Shown: piece after piece, positions 50,561-62,922 of the stretch | Position numbering within the stretch: the first letter of the stretch is position 1 | Layout of the letters: every line of letters begins with the position of its first letter | Assembly (NCBI GenBank): GCA_030390025.1 | Contig: CM059431.1 | Coordinates: forward strand, 149,422,001 to 149,486,000 | Direction: 5' to 3' | Length of the DNA stretch: 64,000 nt | Source of the DNA: Squalus acanthias | Taxonomy: Eukaryota | Translations under genes and position numbers: made by a program | The notes under the pieces: model-generated | Seen by the model: only the letters and a program-made list of their open reading frames with translations | Told to the model about the DNA's origin: nothing | The model's database searches: none

Positions 50561-50984
50561 GCAATGTTGAGGACTCGCGGGATCTCTCCCAGCCGACTGT
50601 ATACCGCTGTGCCCCCACCTGTGGTGAATCAGTCCTGCCAGTGGAACAGGATACACCCTGGGATGGTGATGGAGGAGTCGGGAATATGGACTGATACGTT
50701 TGCTTCTGTGACTATGATTGTGCGAGAATTCAATGTTTCCAGAGAGTTTAATGGAGTATTCAGACGGTTACAGGCTATTTATCTCATTGATTAATTTTTT
50801 AAGCGTTTTGCTTTGATTCCTTGTTGTCAAACCTTTGCTCGTTTTATTATTTTCGCAACCCTCTGTAAAGCACCATTACAAGATTGGCTGTTTGAGTTCA
50901 ATTATTAGAAAAACCTTGTAGTTCTTGTTCTAGATTTAGGCAAGTAGAATGCCCTGGGAAGCAACTTGCTGGACTAAGGCGGGA

Positions 50985-51385
50985 ACATGGAACCTTGGCT
51001 GCTCTCGGAATTAAATTCGTGGACTGCGGCGGGAGCAATGTTATCTAGGCGACTCTGGGAATGAAATTCCTGGAATGCGGTGGGAGCAATGTTATCTAGA
51101 CGGCCGAAGGAATCACCTTTCTGGAGTAAGGCGGGAGCAGTGTAATCTGGGCAGCACAGGGAATGAAGTTCCTGGACTGAGGCGGAAGCAGAGTTACCTC
51201 GGCGGCCCTGCGTTTGAAGTTCCTGGACTGAGGCAGCAACAGTGTTATGTAGGCGTCCATGGGAATGAAGTTCCTGTTATCAGACGGGAACAGTGTAATC
51301 TTAGCGGCCCAGGGAATTAATTACCACGACTGAAGTGGGAGCAGTGTAATCTAGGCGACCCTGGGAAATAAATTCCTGCACAGAG
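50985..51385 (+). repeat. 51-bp VNTR upstream of unit B (~8 copies)
   Basis: Period 51058, 51109, 51160. Confidence 0.88.
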
Positions 51386-51729
51386 GAAGAGTGAATTATT
51401 GTGCATACACTCACTTTTAATTTAACGCTGTGCACAGTAATGTGAGCTAGATTGTGTTGTAGTGAAGTGTGGGGGTGACAATGGATCAATGAGTCTGTTT
51501 GTTCAATGAATGTAATTATTGCCAGTTACAGTGAGGCCTAATAATTTCACTCGGGGATTTCCCTCTGCTCTAAGTAAGGAGATCCCTTCACTGTGTGACC
51601 TCACACAATCAGCGCGTTGCCTCCAGCACAAAGACCACCAGCCTCTCGCAGAAGGGATGTCATGTGTTCGATGATCTCTATGGAAAGTATTCTTGACCTG
51701 TAGCAGTTAATAAGAACGCTTTGGAATAA

Positions 51730-52490
51730 GAAAAGAAAATGTTGATTACACTCAGCAGGTCAGGCAGCATCCATGGAGAGAGAAAGAGTTAACGTTTCAG
51801 GTCTGTGTCACTCCATCAGAACTGAAAAGTTTTAGAGCTGCAACTGATTTGTAGCAGGTACAGGGGCAGGGAAATTGGGGCGGGTTGAATGAAAGAACAA
51901 AAGTGTCTGTCTGTGATAGGTTGGAATGCAGGAGTGGGTAAATGTTGCAGCCGCCTGAAACACACAGGGTCGGATGCTATCGTCCGAAATTGCGGAACTC
52001 AATGTTGTGTCCATTAGGCTGCAAATTGCCTAATAGATAGATAAAGTGCTTTTCCTCGAGCTTAAATTGAGCTTCATTGGAACACTGTAAGACGCCGAGC
52101 ACAGAGACGTCAGAGTGGGATGGGAGCAGCGAAGTAAAGTCACAGGGGACCGGAAGCTCGGGTTCTCACTTACCGACTGAACATATGTGTTCCGCAAAGC
52201 AATCACCCAATCTGCGTTTGGTCTCCCCAGAGTAGAGGACACCGCATCCTGAGCAGCGAATACAGTATACTAAATTGAAGGAAATTCAAGTAAATCGCTG
52301 TTTCACCTGGAAGGATTATTTGGGGCTCTGGACAGTGGGAAGGGAGGAGGTAAAAGTGCAGGTGTTTCATCTCCTGCGCTTGCAAGGGATGGTGCCGTGG
52401 GGAGGAGAGGGGCTGTTGGTGGTGATTGAGGAGTGGACCAGGGTGTTGTGGAGGGTGCGGTTCCTTCGGAATGCTGAAAGGGGAGGAGAG
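51730..52490 (-). mobile_element. Penelope-like fragment (GIY-YIG region and terminus), unit B copy
   Basis: Collinear with 2170-2853 and 62112-62650 but without the CR1 insert; minus strand includes a C..LYSGETKRRLGD-like segment. Confidence 0.78.
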
Positions 52491-52539
52491 GATATACAAA
52501 ACATTTACTATCCCCTTCTTACTGCTGTTAGTGTTCCTT
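52491..52539 (+). pseudogene. 3' part of GPCR exon 1, unit B (DIQNIYYPLLTAVSVP)
   Basis: GTAAGT donor at 52540, phase 1; paralog of 2855-2903. Confidence 0.7.
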
Positions 52540-54288
52540 GTAAGTATCTATGTCCAGTTATTAACTCTATAAACCATGTTACACTGTAATATTATTCTTG
52601 CTATTCACCGTGGCATGCTGATTTATTAGTGTTATTCTGTGTTTCGAGTTCTTGCATCTTTGTTGATGCAAGAGTTATTTAAAAAGACTGGCACATTCTC
52701 GCTAATGTTGGTGTTCCTGGTACGTCTCTGTATCCAACCATTAATTATATAAATCATGTTTAACTGTATTTCTCTCCTTGTCATTCTCCATCCCTTGCGC
52801 ACTGCTGTCGGCTATTGATTCTGAAGGTGATACGGTATTACCGAATGGCGAAAGGTAATCGACCTGAAACTTTAACTCTCTCTCTCTCCACAGATGCTGC
52901 CTGACCTGCTGAGCATTTAAAACATTTCCTGCTCTATTTTAGATTCCCAGCATCCGCAGTAATTTGCTTTTGTTTTCACCGAATGGTCGATATGGTTACT
53001 CACACAGATTCACAGGAACAAATCCTGACAGATCAAAAACTGATCTTTAAATGTCTGAAATATCCGCGAATCATTGAGTTCCAGGAAGTGTCTCGTTTGC
53101 TACCATCTCCAGTTCTACATTAGTGATACTGCTTCTGATGGTAAGAATAGGTTTATACGGATAATTTAACTTCTCGAAAAACGTTCAGTCAGCCATATTT
53201 CAATGCGTTTATTACCAATTTTGTTTTGAATTTACAAGTGGGTCCCGTGCCTGTCTGTCAAAGTTCAGTGGATCTCTCAGTGAGACCCAGAGTTATTCTC
53301 TATCGCCTCCTTCTGTACTGCAGGATAATCAATCCCAGCTGATTGTAACTGAAGTACTGAGGATAAGAAAATCATTTCATTTTTTCTCGACTAATATTCT
53401 CTGCACAATTTGGAAACCAACAGGTGAAAAATACAATGAAAAATCTCTTCCATTTGTGTTCAGATACTTAACGAAAGCCTAATGAGGCTCGTTGCCTGTG
53501 GATGAGTCGCTTGATTACGATGCTAATACATGCATTTAGTGTGATATTACCTGGTCAATGATAACTATTTATTTTAATTCAGAATCCATTCCTTGCAATG
53601 TTATTTGAAAAATCTTCTGTTCAATGAGCCACAATTTCAGTCTTTCAACAAAACTACAGAAAGCTCAATCTTCAAAACATTTCTTACAGCCCAGTTATTT
53701 TTATAACTACAGTGCCCTTGTATTAATTATCTTAGCACTTGCATATTACAGTCGTACATTTTTAAGAGAATTGCCAGCAATTATTGCACGCCAAGATTGC
53801 AGTTACTGTATTTTGCCGTTACATTTATTTTCAGTTCTAAATATAATGGATATTCTAACTAGGAGCAGGAATACAAGCGGGATTTCCCCCTCCCTAACAC
53901 AGGGGCAGGGAAGCGAATTGCACCGCTCCAAATGCTGACTGATCCAGGAACACGAAGCCTTCCTCCGAGTTGCTGGTCCTTTGTGTCACTGGTAATTCGG
54001 GTGGTGCTTTTGTCTGCTGGGCCAAAGGTAGATCTACCATTTAATCTCTCATTGATCAAACATCTGTTACTTTCATGTTGTATTTAGTCACGTTTCATTT
54101 CTTAATTCCACAATATATTTCCGATTATTCTTACAATAAAGGCTGTATTCAACTCCACGGGCAATAGAATTAGATTATATAATTGAATGTCGCTGATGAG
54201 TTGGAGATTTCTCCCAGAATTCCTTCTATCTGTTGCTCTTGCTCCCAGCCTGATGTATAATTTCCCTGTTTATTTCCCTTCCTCACAG

Positions 54289-55178
54289 TGAACTTAGTGA
54301 CGATTGTGATCCTGTCTCGGGGAAAGTGCGGTCTCTCCAAATGTGTCACTCGCTACCTGGTGGCCATGGCAGCGGCGGATCTACTGGTCCTTATCCTCGA
54401 TCTGATATTGAGGCAGATTCCGATTGTATTTATGGAACATTTTCGTTTCGTGGAGTCCATCCCCGTGTGTAATATCCACGCCGTCCTGCTTTATGCAGCC
54501 ACAGACTGTTCTGTCTGGTTCACCGTCAGTTTCACCTTCGATCGATTTGTGGCCATTTGTCGCCAGAAGCTGAAAACTAAATATTGCACCGAGAAATCGG
54601 CGGCAGTGGTTCTGGGAACAGTGACTGTGCTAAGCGGTTCAAAGAACATTTTCTGGTATTTTATGTTCACACATCTGTATGCGCTTGCGAACCTGCCCTG
54701 GTTTTGTGTGGTAACAATGGATGTTGTTTATTCATGGGTCTGGGGGACAATCGAGCTCCTTCTTTATATTCTCACCCCAGGGGTCCCATTTGTCGTGATT
54801 GTGCTGCTCAATGCTCTCACCGTCAGACACATTTTATTGTCCAGCAGAGCCCGGGGGTCCCAGCAGTAGGGAGAGTCCCAGAGACCCAGAGGTGGAGAGC
54901 CGCAGGAAATCCATCATTTTACTGCTTGTTATCTCCGGCAATTTCATCCTGTTGTGGGCAGTGTTTTTGATGTATTATATATGGATCCGGATGAGGATTT
55001 GGAGGCTATATCTGTTTATGCACCTTTTTATGTAAGGGAATTGTGATTGATGTTGCAGATGCTGAGTTGCTGCACAAACACTGGGATTTATGCCGTGACA
55101 CAGACTAAATTCAGAGAGCAGTTAAAGAATGTGGGGAAATATCCCTTCACTCTTATTGTAAAATTCAATAAAGGATGA
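54289..55178 (+). pseudogene. GPR139-like GPCR main exon, frameshifted
   Basis: Paralog of 4815-5716; 11-bp deletion at ~54852 in ICL3, a second frameshift near 55000-55030 and GGA to TGA at ~55045. Confidence 0.88.
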
Positions 55179-55199
55179 TGTGAAGCGGACACTTTGCAG

Positions 55200-55670
55200 C
55201 CTGAGAGCTCCCTAGGCCTGGTATTGTGGCGAGCCGTTCTCCCCCGATTCGCCCGCCGGCGGGGAAATTCACATAACAAAGATGGCCGCTCCGGTGCCCC
55301 GCACAAAGTTGCGGACCAGGCGCCCGTCACAAATATTGCGGCCCCGGCGCCTCGCAACAAAGTTGGCAGCGCCGGGGACCGTCACGAATATTGCGGCCCA
55401 GGCGCTCCGCACATAGATGGCGGCTACGGCGCCCTGCACAAAGAAAGAGGCACTGGCGGGCCTAACAAAGTTGGCGTATCAGACACCCCGCTGGAACATG
55501 GCGGCTCTGGCGCACCGAACAAAGATGGTTACCGCGGCGACCCTCACAGTGATGGCGGAACCTGATGTACGCAAAAAATGCCGTCTCTGTCGCCCTAACA
55601 AAGATGGCGGCTCAGACGCTCCGCATAAGGATGGAGGCCCTGACGCCCAGAACAAAAATGGTGGCTCTCT
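55200..55670 (+). repeat. CpG-rich ~30-bp array with YY1-like motifs (unit B)
   Basis: AAAGATGGCCGC, TAGATGGCGGC, AACATGGCGGC, AAAGATGGCGGC; paralog of 5760-6350. Confidence 0.75.
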
Positions 55671-55879
55671 CTCGCTCTCTCTGGCCTTCTCCCGCCGTTC
55701 GGTTGCCGCCATTAAGGTTTCCCTTTTTCCTAGAAGCGAGGCCGGGGAGTGGGGCGTGACGCGAGAATCTGGAGCGCCGGCAGCAGGTGGCCCGTTTACC
55801 GTTGGATCGGGCGGCAATGGGAAGCAGCCCGACCTGGAGAGGATGAGGCCCGTCACCAGAATAACGGGAGAGAAAGATG

Positions 55880-58800
55880 GCCGCGTGGAGACAGCCAGAC
55901 AGGGGAGACAGTCCGGGGGAGAAAGACCGGGGGTGCCAGACTGGGGGAGATATTTTGGGGGATACAGACCGGGGGATAAAGACAGGGGAAGACAGATTGT
56001 GTGTGGGGGGGGGGCAGACCAGGGGAGACAGATGGGTGGAGACAGACGGGGTGACAGATGGGCGGAGACAGACGCTGAGGAAGGTGGGGTGGTAGAAAGA
56101 CAGCATAACACAGACGGGGCAGACAGGTAAATGCGTGACAGAGAGAGACAGACCAGGGGATACAGAGAGAGAGACAGACAGACGGGGGGGCGGTTGTGGG
56201 GGACAGAGGGTGCGAGACAGACAGAGAGGAAGGTGGAGGAGAGAAATACGGCATGACAAAGTCAGGGAAGACAGGCAAGTGGGTGACAGAAAGAGTGTGA
56301 CTGGGAGATACAGACAGGGTGAGACAGAAGGGGGAAGACTGTACAGGGGAGACAGACGGGGTGAGGCAGATGGGGGCGATGCACCAGGGGAGACAGACGG
56401 GGTGGGGGAGACAGACGGGGTGAGACAGATGTTGAGGAAGGTGGGCGTGAAGAGAAAGACAGCGTGACACAGTCGGGGCAGACAGGCGAGGAGGTGACAG
56501 AGAGAGACAGACCAGGGGAGACAGAGAGACAAACCGGCAGATTGGGAGACAGATGGTGAGAGATAGACGGAGCAGAAGGTGGGGGTGGGGATGGCAAAGT
56601 CGCCGTGACACAGTCAGGGCAGACAGGCGAAGCGCTGACAGACAGATACAGACTAGTGGAGAAAGACCAGGGGAGACAGAGAGAGGATGACCGGGGGAGG
56701 CAGACCGGAGAAGAACATGAGAGACAGACGGGGGCTGACAGACTGGGGTGACAGACCGAGGGAGGCAGACCCGGAGAGACAGACCCGGAGAGACAGAGAG
56801 AGACAGATGAGGTGGCGGGGCGATACAGACCAGGGGAGATAGTCCGGTACAAGCAGAGAGATACAGATAGCGGGGAGACAGATCGGGGGAGACAAACCAG
56901 AAGGGACAGTGAGAGAGTGACTGACAAGGCGGGGTTGGGATGGGGACAGAGATAGAGGGAGACATGTGGTGGGAGATAGAGAGTGAACGAGAGTCCGGGT
57001 GTGGGGGGGGGGAAACACATCGACAAGGAGAGAGATGGTTAGAGACAGACTGGGGAAGATAGATGGTGGGAGACAAATGGGCGTGACAAATGGGAGGTAC
57101 ACTGAGAGACAGACAGAAACGGGAGATACAGACTGTGGTGACAGAGGGAGAGATACAGACGTGGAGGCAAAGGCAGAGTGCGATAGACGGGGGAAAACAG
57201 CTGTAGGTAGACAGAGAGAGAGACAGACAATGGTAACAGATGGGGTGGAGACAGACGAGGAGGACAGGTCAGGGGGTCAGAGAGAGCAACGGGGAGAGAG
57301 ATGGGGAGGAGAATGTCTAGTGGATACAGAGATAGATCAACAGGGGGACAGAGAGAGACATACGGTGTGAGACAGAGAGAGAGATAAACAAGGGGACAGA
57401 GAGAGACATAGGGTGGGAGTTAGAGAGAGCAAGACCAAAAAAGGTACAGAGAGAGCCATCGGATGGGAGATAGAGGAGAGAAGAACAAGGGGAAAGAGAG
57501 AGACATAGGGTGGGAGATAGAGAGAGAGAGATCAACAGGAGGAGAGAGAGAGACATAGAATGGGAGAGAGAGAGAGAGACAAAGAGGGGAACAGAGAGAG
57601 AGACATAGGGTGGGAGATAGAGAGAGAGAGAGACCAACAGGGGGACAGAGAGAAACATATGGTGGAAGATAGAGAGCCAGACCATCAGCGGGAAAGAGAG
57701 AGAGAGAAAAACGGTGTGAGACAGAGAGAGAGAGACGAACAAGTGGGCAGAGAGAGACTTAGGGTGGGAGATAGAGAGAGAAAGACCAGAAGGAGGATAG
57801 AGCGAGAGACATTGAGTAGGAAAGAGAGAGACAGAGACCAACATGGGGACAGGGACAAAGGGTGGGAGATAGTTAGAGAGACAGAGAGAGACATACAGGG
57901 GGACAGAGTGAGACATACGGTTGTAGATAGAGAGAGAGACCAACAGCGGGACAGAGTAAGAAATAGGCTGGGATTAGAGATAGAGAGAGAGACCAACAGA
58001 GGGACAGAGAGAGACATACGGTTGGAGCTCGAGAGAGACCAACAGGGGGACAGAGAGAGGCATACGGTGGGAGATAGAGAGAGAGAGAGAGAGAGATAAA
58101 CTGGGGGACAGAGAGAGAAATAGGGTGGGAGATAGAGAGCCAGACCTTCAGGGGGACAGAGAGAGAAACAAAGGGTGGGAGATATATAGAGAGAGAGAGA
58201 CCAACAGAGGGACAGAGAGAGACAAACGGTGGGAGTTAGAGAGAGAGAGAGAGACGAACAGGGGGACAGAGATTCATACGCTGGGAGAAAGAGAGAGAGA
58301 GATCAACAGGGGGACAGAGAGAGACATACGGCGGGAGATAGAGAGATATACCACATAGGGACAGAGAGCGACATAGGGTGGGAGAGAGAGAGTGAGAGAG
58401 AGACCAACAGGAGGACAGAGAGAGACATACAGTGGGAGATAGAGAGAGAGAGAGACCAACAGGGGGAAAGAGAGAGACATACGGTGGGAGATACAGAGAG
58501 GCCAACAGGGGGACAGAGAGAGACATACGGTGGGAGATAGAGAGAGAGACCAACATGGGGACAGAGAGAGCCATACGGTGGGAGAGAGAGAGAGAGAGTG
58601 GGAGACCAGCATGGGGACAGAGAGAGACATAGGGTGGGAGATAGAGAGAGAGAGAGACCAACAGGGGGACAGAGAGCGACATAGGGTGGGAGATAGAGAG
58701 AGAGAGAGAGAGAGAGAACAACAGGGGGACAGACTGAGACATAGGGTGAGAGTTAGAGAGAGAGCGAGAGACCAACAGGGGGACAGAGATTGAAATACGG

Positions 58801-59530
58801 TGGGAGAGAGAGAAAGAGAGAGAGACCAACATGGGGACAGAGAGAGACATACGGTGGGAGAGAGAGAGAAATCAACAGGGGGACAGAGAGAGACATACGG
58901 TTGGAGAGAGAGAGAGCCCAACAGGGGAACAGAGTGAGACATAGGGTGGGAGATAGAGAGAGAGAGAGACCAACAGGGGGACAGAGAGAGGGAGACATAG
59001 GGTGGGAGATAGAGAGAGCGAGACCAACAGGGGGACATCGAGAGAGAGTTAGGGTGAGAGATAGAGAGAGAGAGACCAACAGGGGGACAGAGTGAGACAT
59101 ATGGTGGGAGATAGACAGCGACAGGCAATATGGGGAGACAGACCGATGGGGATGGAGAGGGATGGAGACAGCCTAGGTCGAGTCAGATTGTGGGTGACAA
59201 AGAGAGAGACAGATAGGGCGGACAGAAGGGGGCAGGCAGACGGGGAGACAGAAAAAATCAGTCGGATTTGACGCAGAGAGAGATAAACAGACAGGGCGAG
59301 ACAAATGAGGTGACACCGACGGTGGAGACCGACGGGGGAGAGAGTCGGGAATTCCAGACCAGTCAGGACGAGAGCTCTGGGAAGACCAAGCGAGAGTCAG
59401 ACGGTAGTGGGCAGACGGGGAAGATTGGCGCGGGACACAGTGTAAGAGAGGTATATGGGGGAGTGTGAGCGGGAGACAAACGGGGCTAGAATGACAGAGG
59501 TTGAGAGCAATATTGAAAGAGGCGGGGGAA
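55880..59530 (+). repeat. GA-rich low complexity, including a ~50-bp tandem array at ~57320-59120
   Basis: Unit GAGACCAACAGGGGGACAGAGAGAGACATACGGTGGGAGATA(GA)n. Confidence 0.93.
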
Positions 59531-59811
59531 GAGTAATAAGAATTCCTCTGGTTCCTCGCCATATATTTTCAGGATACTGAACCCCAGCTTTATTACAGTC
59601 CACTCCCGGAGGCCCCTCTCCGTGAACCTACAACCTTCAGCAAGCTCAGTGGTGGGGTTCCGGTACAGGAGTGATCCCAGAGTAACTGTCGGGATCGCAC
59701 TCCCGTGGATGTTCTTGGTCGTGTAATTTTAGTAATCCTGGTGTCTAACAAGCATATATCAATCAAATAGGGTATTCCTGGAAACACGCTTCAGGTCCTT
59801 CTTTATCTGAC

Positions 59812-60160
59812 AGAGTAGATGCAGGGAGCATGATTCCCCTGGCTGGGTAGTATAGAACGAGAGGTCACAGTCTCAGAATAAGGGGTCGGCCATTTAGGAC
59901 TGTAATCAGGCGAGATTTCTTCACTCAGAGGGTGATGAATCTTTGGAAATCTCTACCCCAGAGGACGATGGAGGCTCAGTCGTTGAGTATATTTAAGAGA
60001 GTGATTGATAGATTTTTGGATATTAAGGGAATCAAGGGATATGGGGACAGTGCAGGAAAGTGCTGGTGAGGAAGAAAATCAGCCATGATCTTATTGAACG
60101 GCGGCGCAAGCTTGAAGAGCTGAATGGCCTACTCCTGCTCCTATTTATTATGTTCTTATT
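59812..60160 (+). mobile_element. CR1 3' end
   Basis: Similar to 355-850; tail CTATTTATTATGTTCTTA. Confidence 0.85.
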
Positions 60161-60202
60161 TCTTTTATCTGTTGTGGAAATGTCTGTTGAATAATTGCAC
60201 CA

Positions 60203-60485
60203 GCCTATACTGAAGGTAAAGAGTGATGGTGGGGTTCGATCCCAGTCACTGATTGCCTTCTAGTGCCTTGCCAAGTGGTAATTCTGAGCTGCGAACCTAT
60301 ACTGAAGGTGCAGCGTGATGGTGGGGTTCGGTCCCAGTCACTGTTTGCCCTCCACTAACTTGCCAATTGGTATTCCTGAGCTGCGAGCCTATACTGAATG
60401 TGTTGCATGATGATGGGATTCGGTCCCAGTCACTGTTAGCCCTCCAGTACCTTGCCAAGTGGTAATTCTTAGCTGTGAGCGTGTA
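60203..60485 (+). repeat. ~92-bp tandem repeat (3 copies) containing a B-box-like GGTTCGATCCC
   Basis: CCTATACTGAA starts at ~60205, 60296, 60388. Confidence 0.8.
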
Positions 60486-61007
60486 AAGCAAACTGCCAGC
60501 ATTTCTACCATGGGGATCAGCACAGCCTTTCAGGAAGTGCATTCCAGGACATAACAGCACGATGAGTAAACATTTTCCCCTCTTGTCACCTCCGGCTCCT
60601 TCACCAATTACCTTAAGTCCTACACCGCTGGTTACCGACCCTTCTGTCACTGGAAACAGTTTATCTTTATTAAGAGTACTGTAGGACTGGAGGAGGTCAC
60701 AGATATAGGGAGAGACGAGGCCATAAAGGGATTCGAACAAGAGGATGAGAATTCTACAGTCTGAATCCACCAGCCGTCTCTCCCAGTACAAAATGTGTCT
60801 CACTGCTAACAGGAAGGATTTTACGTTAACTCCTAAAGATGCAGAAAGGTGAGACATTATCCCTCTCAATATTACAATAGATGCATAATAAGGGAAATCA
60901 ATCTCTGTACCTTTAACTGACAGCGACATGGAAAGAGAGAAATGAATGAGCTTTAAACAACTGGTCGATAATCCATGACAAAAAGACAGTCACTTGGACA
61001 AGTGTGG

Positions 61008-61507
61008 NNNNNNNNNNNNNNNNNNNNNNNNNNNNNNNNNNNNNNNNNNNNNNNNNNNNNNNNNNNNNNNNNNNNNNNNNNNNNNNNNNNNNNNNNNNNN
61101 NNNNNNNNNNNNNNNNNNNNNNNNNNNNNNNNNNNNNNNNNNNNNNNNNNNNNNNNNNNNNNNNNNNNNNNNNNNNNNNNNNNNNNNNNNNNNNNNNNNN
61201 NNNNNNNNNNNNNNNNNNNNNNNNNNNNNNNNNNNNNNNNNNNNNNNNNNNNNNNNNNNNNNNNNNNNNNNNNNNNNNNNNNNNNNNNNNNNNNNNNNNN
61301 NNNNNNNNNNNNNNNNNNNNNNNNNNNNNNNNNNNNNNNNNNNNNNNNNNNNNNNNNNNNNNNNNNNNNNNNNNNNNNNNNNNNNNNNNNNNNNNNNNNN
61401 NNNNNNNNNNNNNNNNNNNNNNNNNNNNNNNNNNNNNNNNNNNNNNNNNNNNNNNNNNNNNNNNNNNNNNNNNNNNNNNNNNNNNNNNNNNNNNNNNNNN
61501 NNNNNNN
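61008..61507. other. Assembly gap (500 N)
   Basis: Run of N. Confidence 1.
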
Positions 61508-61775
61508 ATCTGAGGGGGGAGCAATGTAATCTCGGTGGCCCTGGGAATTAAATTCCTGGACTGAGGTGGGAGCAGCGTAATCTAGGCGGAGCAAGGAATG
61601 AAATTCCTGTTATGAGGTGGGAGCATTTTAATCTTTCTGGCCGTGCGAAGGAAACTCCAGGAATTAGGCGGGAGCAGTGTAATATAGGCAGCTTTGGGAA
61701 TGAAATTCCTGGACTGAGGCAGGGACAGTTTAATCTAGGCAGCCCTGGGAATTACATTCCTGGACTGAGGAAGGA
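61508..61775 (+). repeat. 51-bp VNTR upstream of unit C (at least 5 copies, abuts gap)
   Basis: Same unit as 1690-1835 and 50985-51385. Confidence 0.85.
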
Positions 61776-62111
61776 TGAAATGTGGTGCATACGGTCACTT
61801 TTAACTGAAATCTAGGTACAATAGCGTGAGCTAGATTGTGTTGCATTGAAGTGTTGGGTGACAATGGATCAATGATTCTGTTTGTTCAATGACTGTAATT
61901 AATGCCAGTTGCAGTGAGGCCTAATGATGTCACTCGGGGATTTGCCTCTGCTCGAAATAAGGAGATCCCTTCACTGTGTGACGTCACACAATCAGCGCGT
62001 TGCCTCCAGCACAAAGATCACCAGCCTCTCACAGAAGGGATGTTGTGGGCTCGAGGATCTTGACGGAAATTTTTCCTGAACAGTGGCAGTTTACAAGTGT
62101 ACTTTGGAATA

Positions 62112-62922
62112 ACAAAAGAAAATGTATAAAAAACACTCAGCATGTCAGGCAGCATCCATGGAGAGAGAAACAGTATTACCGTTCCAGGTCTGTGACATTT
62201 AGTCAGCACTGGAAAAAGTTAGAGATGTAGCAGATTTAAAGTAGGTACAGGGGCAGGGAAAGGGTGTAGAGGAGGAAGGAAGGAAAGGGAAGGTCTGTGA
62301 TAGGGTGGAAGGCAGGAGTGGTTAATTGTTGCAAATGGGGATGGGAGAAATATCAACAGCTGCTGCCTGAAAATAATAGAGGCCTTGTTTATGGTCTGAA
62401 ATGCGGAACTCAATGTTGAGTCCAGAAGGCTAAAAATGTCCCGAATAGAAAGCTGAAGTGCTGTTTCGCGAGCTTAAATTGACCTTCATTGGGACACTGT
62501 AAGAAGCCGAGGAGAGATTAATGTGACAGGCGTGCAGAAGCTCGGGGTCAAGGTTACGGACTGAACAGAAGTGTTCCGCAAACCGATCACCCAATCTGCG
62601 TTTGTTCTCCCCAATGTAGAGGAGACCGCATCCTTAGCAAGAATACAGTCGCCGATTTAAAACTGAGATGAGGAGGTATTTCTTCCCTGAGATGGTCTAG
62701 AATCTGTGGAAATCTCTGCCCCAGAGAACTTTTGGAGGCTCGATCATTGAATATATTTAAGGTGGAGATAGACAGATTTTCGAACAATAAGTTAGTGAAT
62801 GGTTATGGGGAGCGGGCAGGAAAAATGGAGCTGAGCCCAAGATTAGATCAGCCATGATCTCATTAAATGGAGGAGCAGGCTCGAGGGGTCAAATGGCTAC
62901 TCCTGCTCCTATTTCTTATGAT
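62112..62922. mobile_element. Penelope-like fragment (-) with nested CR1 3' end (+, ~62650-62922), unit C copy; old Penelope resumes at ~63930
   Basis: Collinear with unit A 2170-2700 and unit B 51730-52340. Confidence 0.8.

Noticed and set aside
55417..59128. Long ORFs up to 407 aa
   Set aside because: Low-complexity repeat translations with no domain features
60297..60929. 210-aa minus-strand ORF
   Set aside because: Chance fusion of L2-like, CR1 and 92-bp repeat fragments
60913..61594. ORFs containing X runs
   Set aside because: They span the 500-N gap
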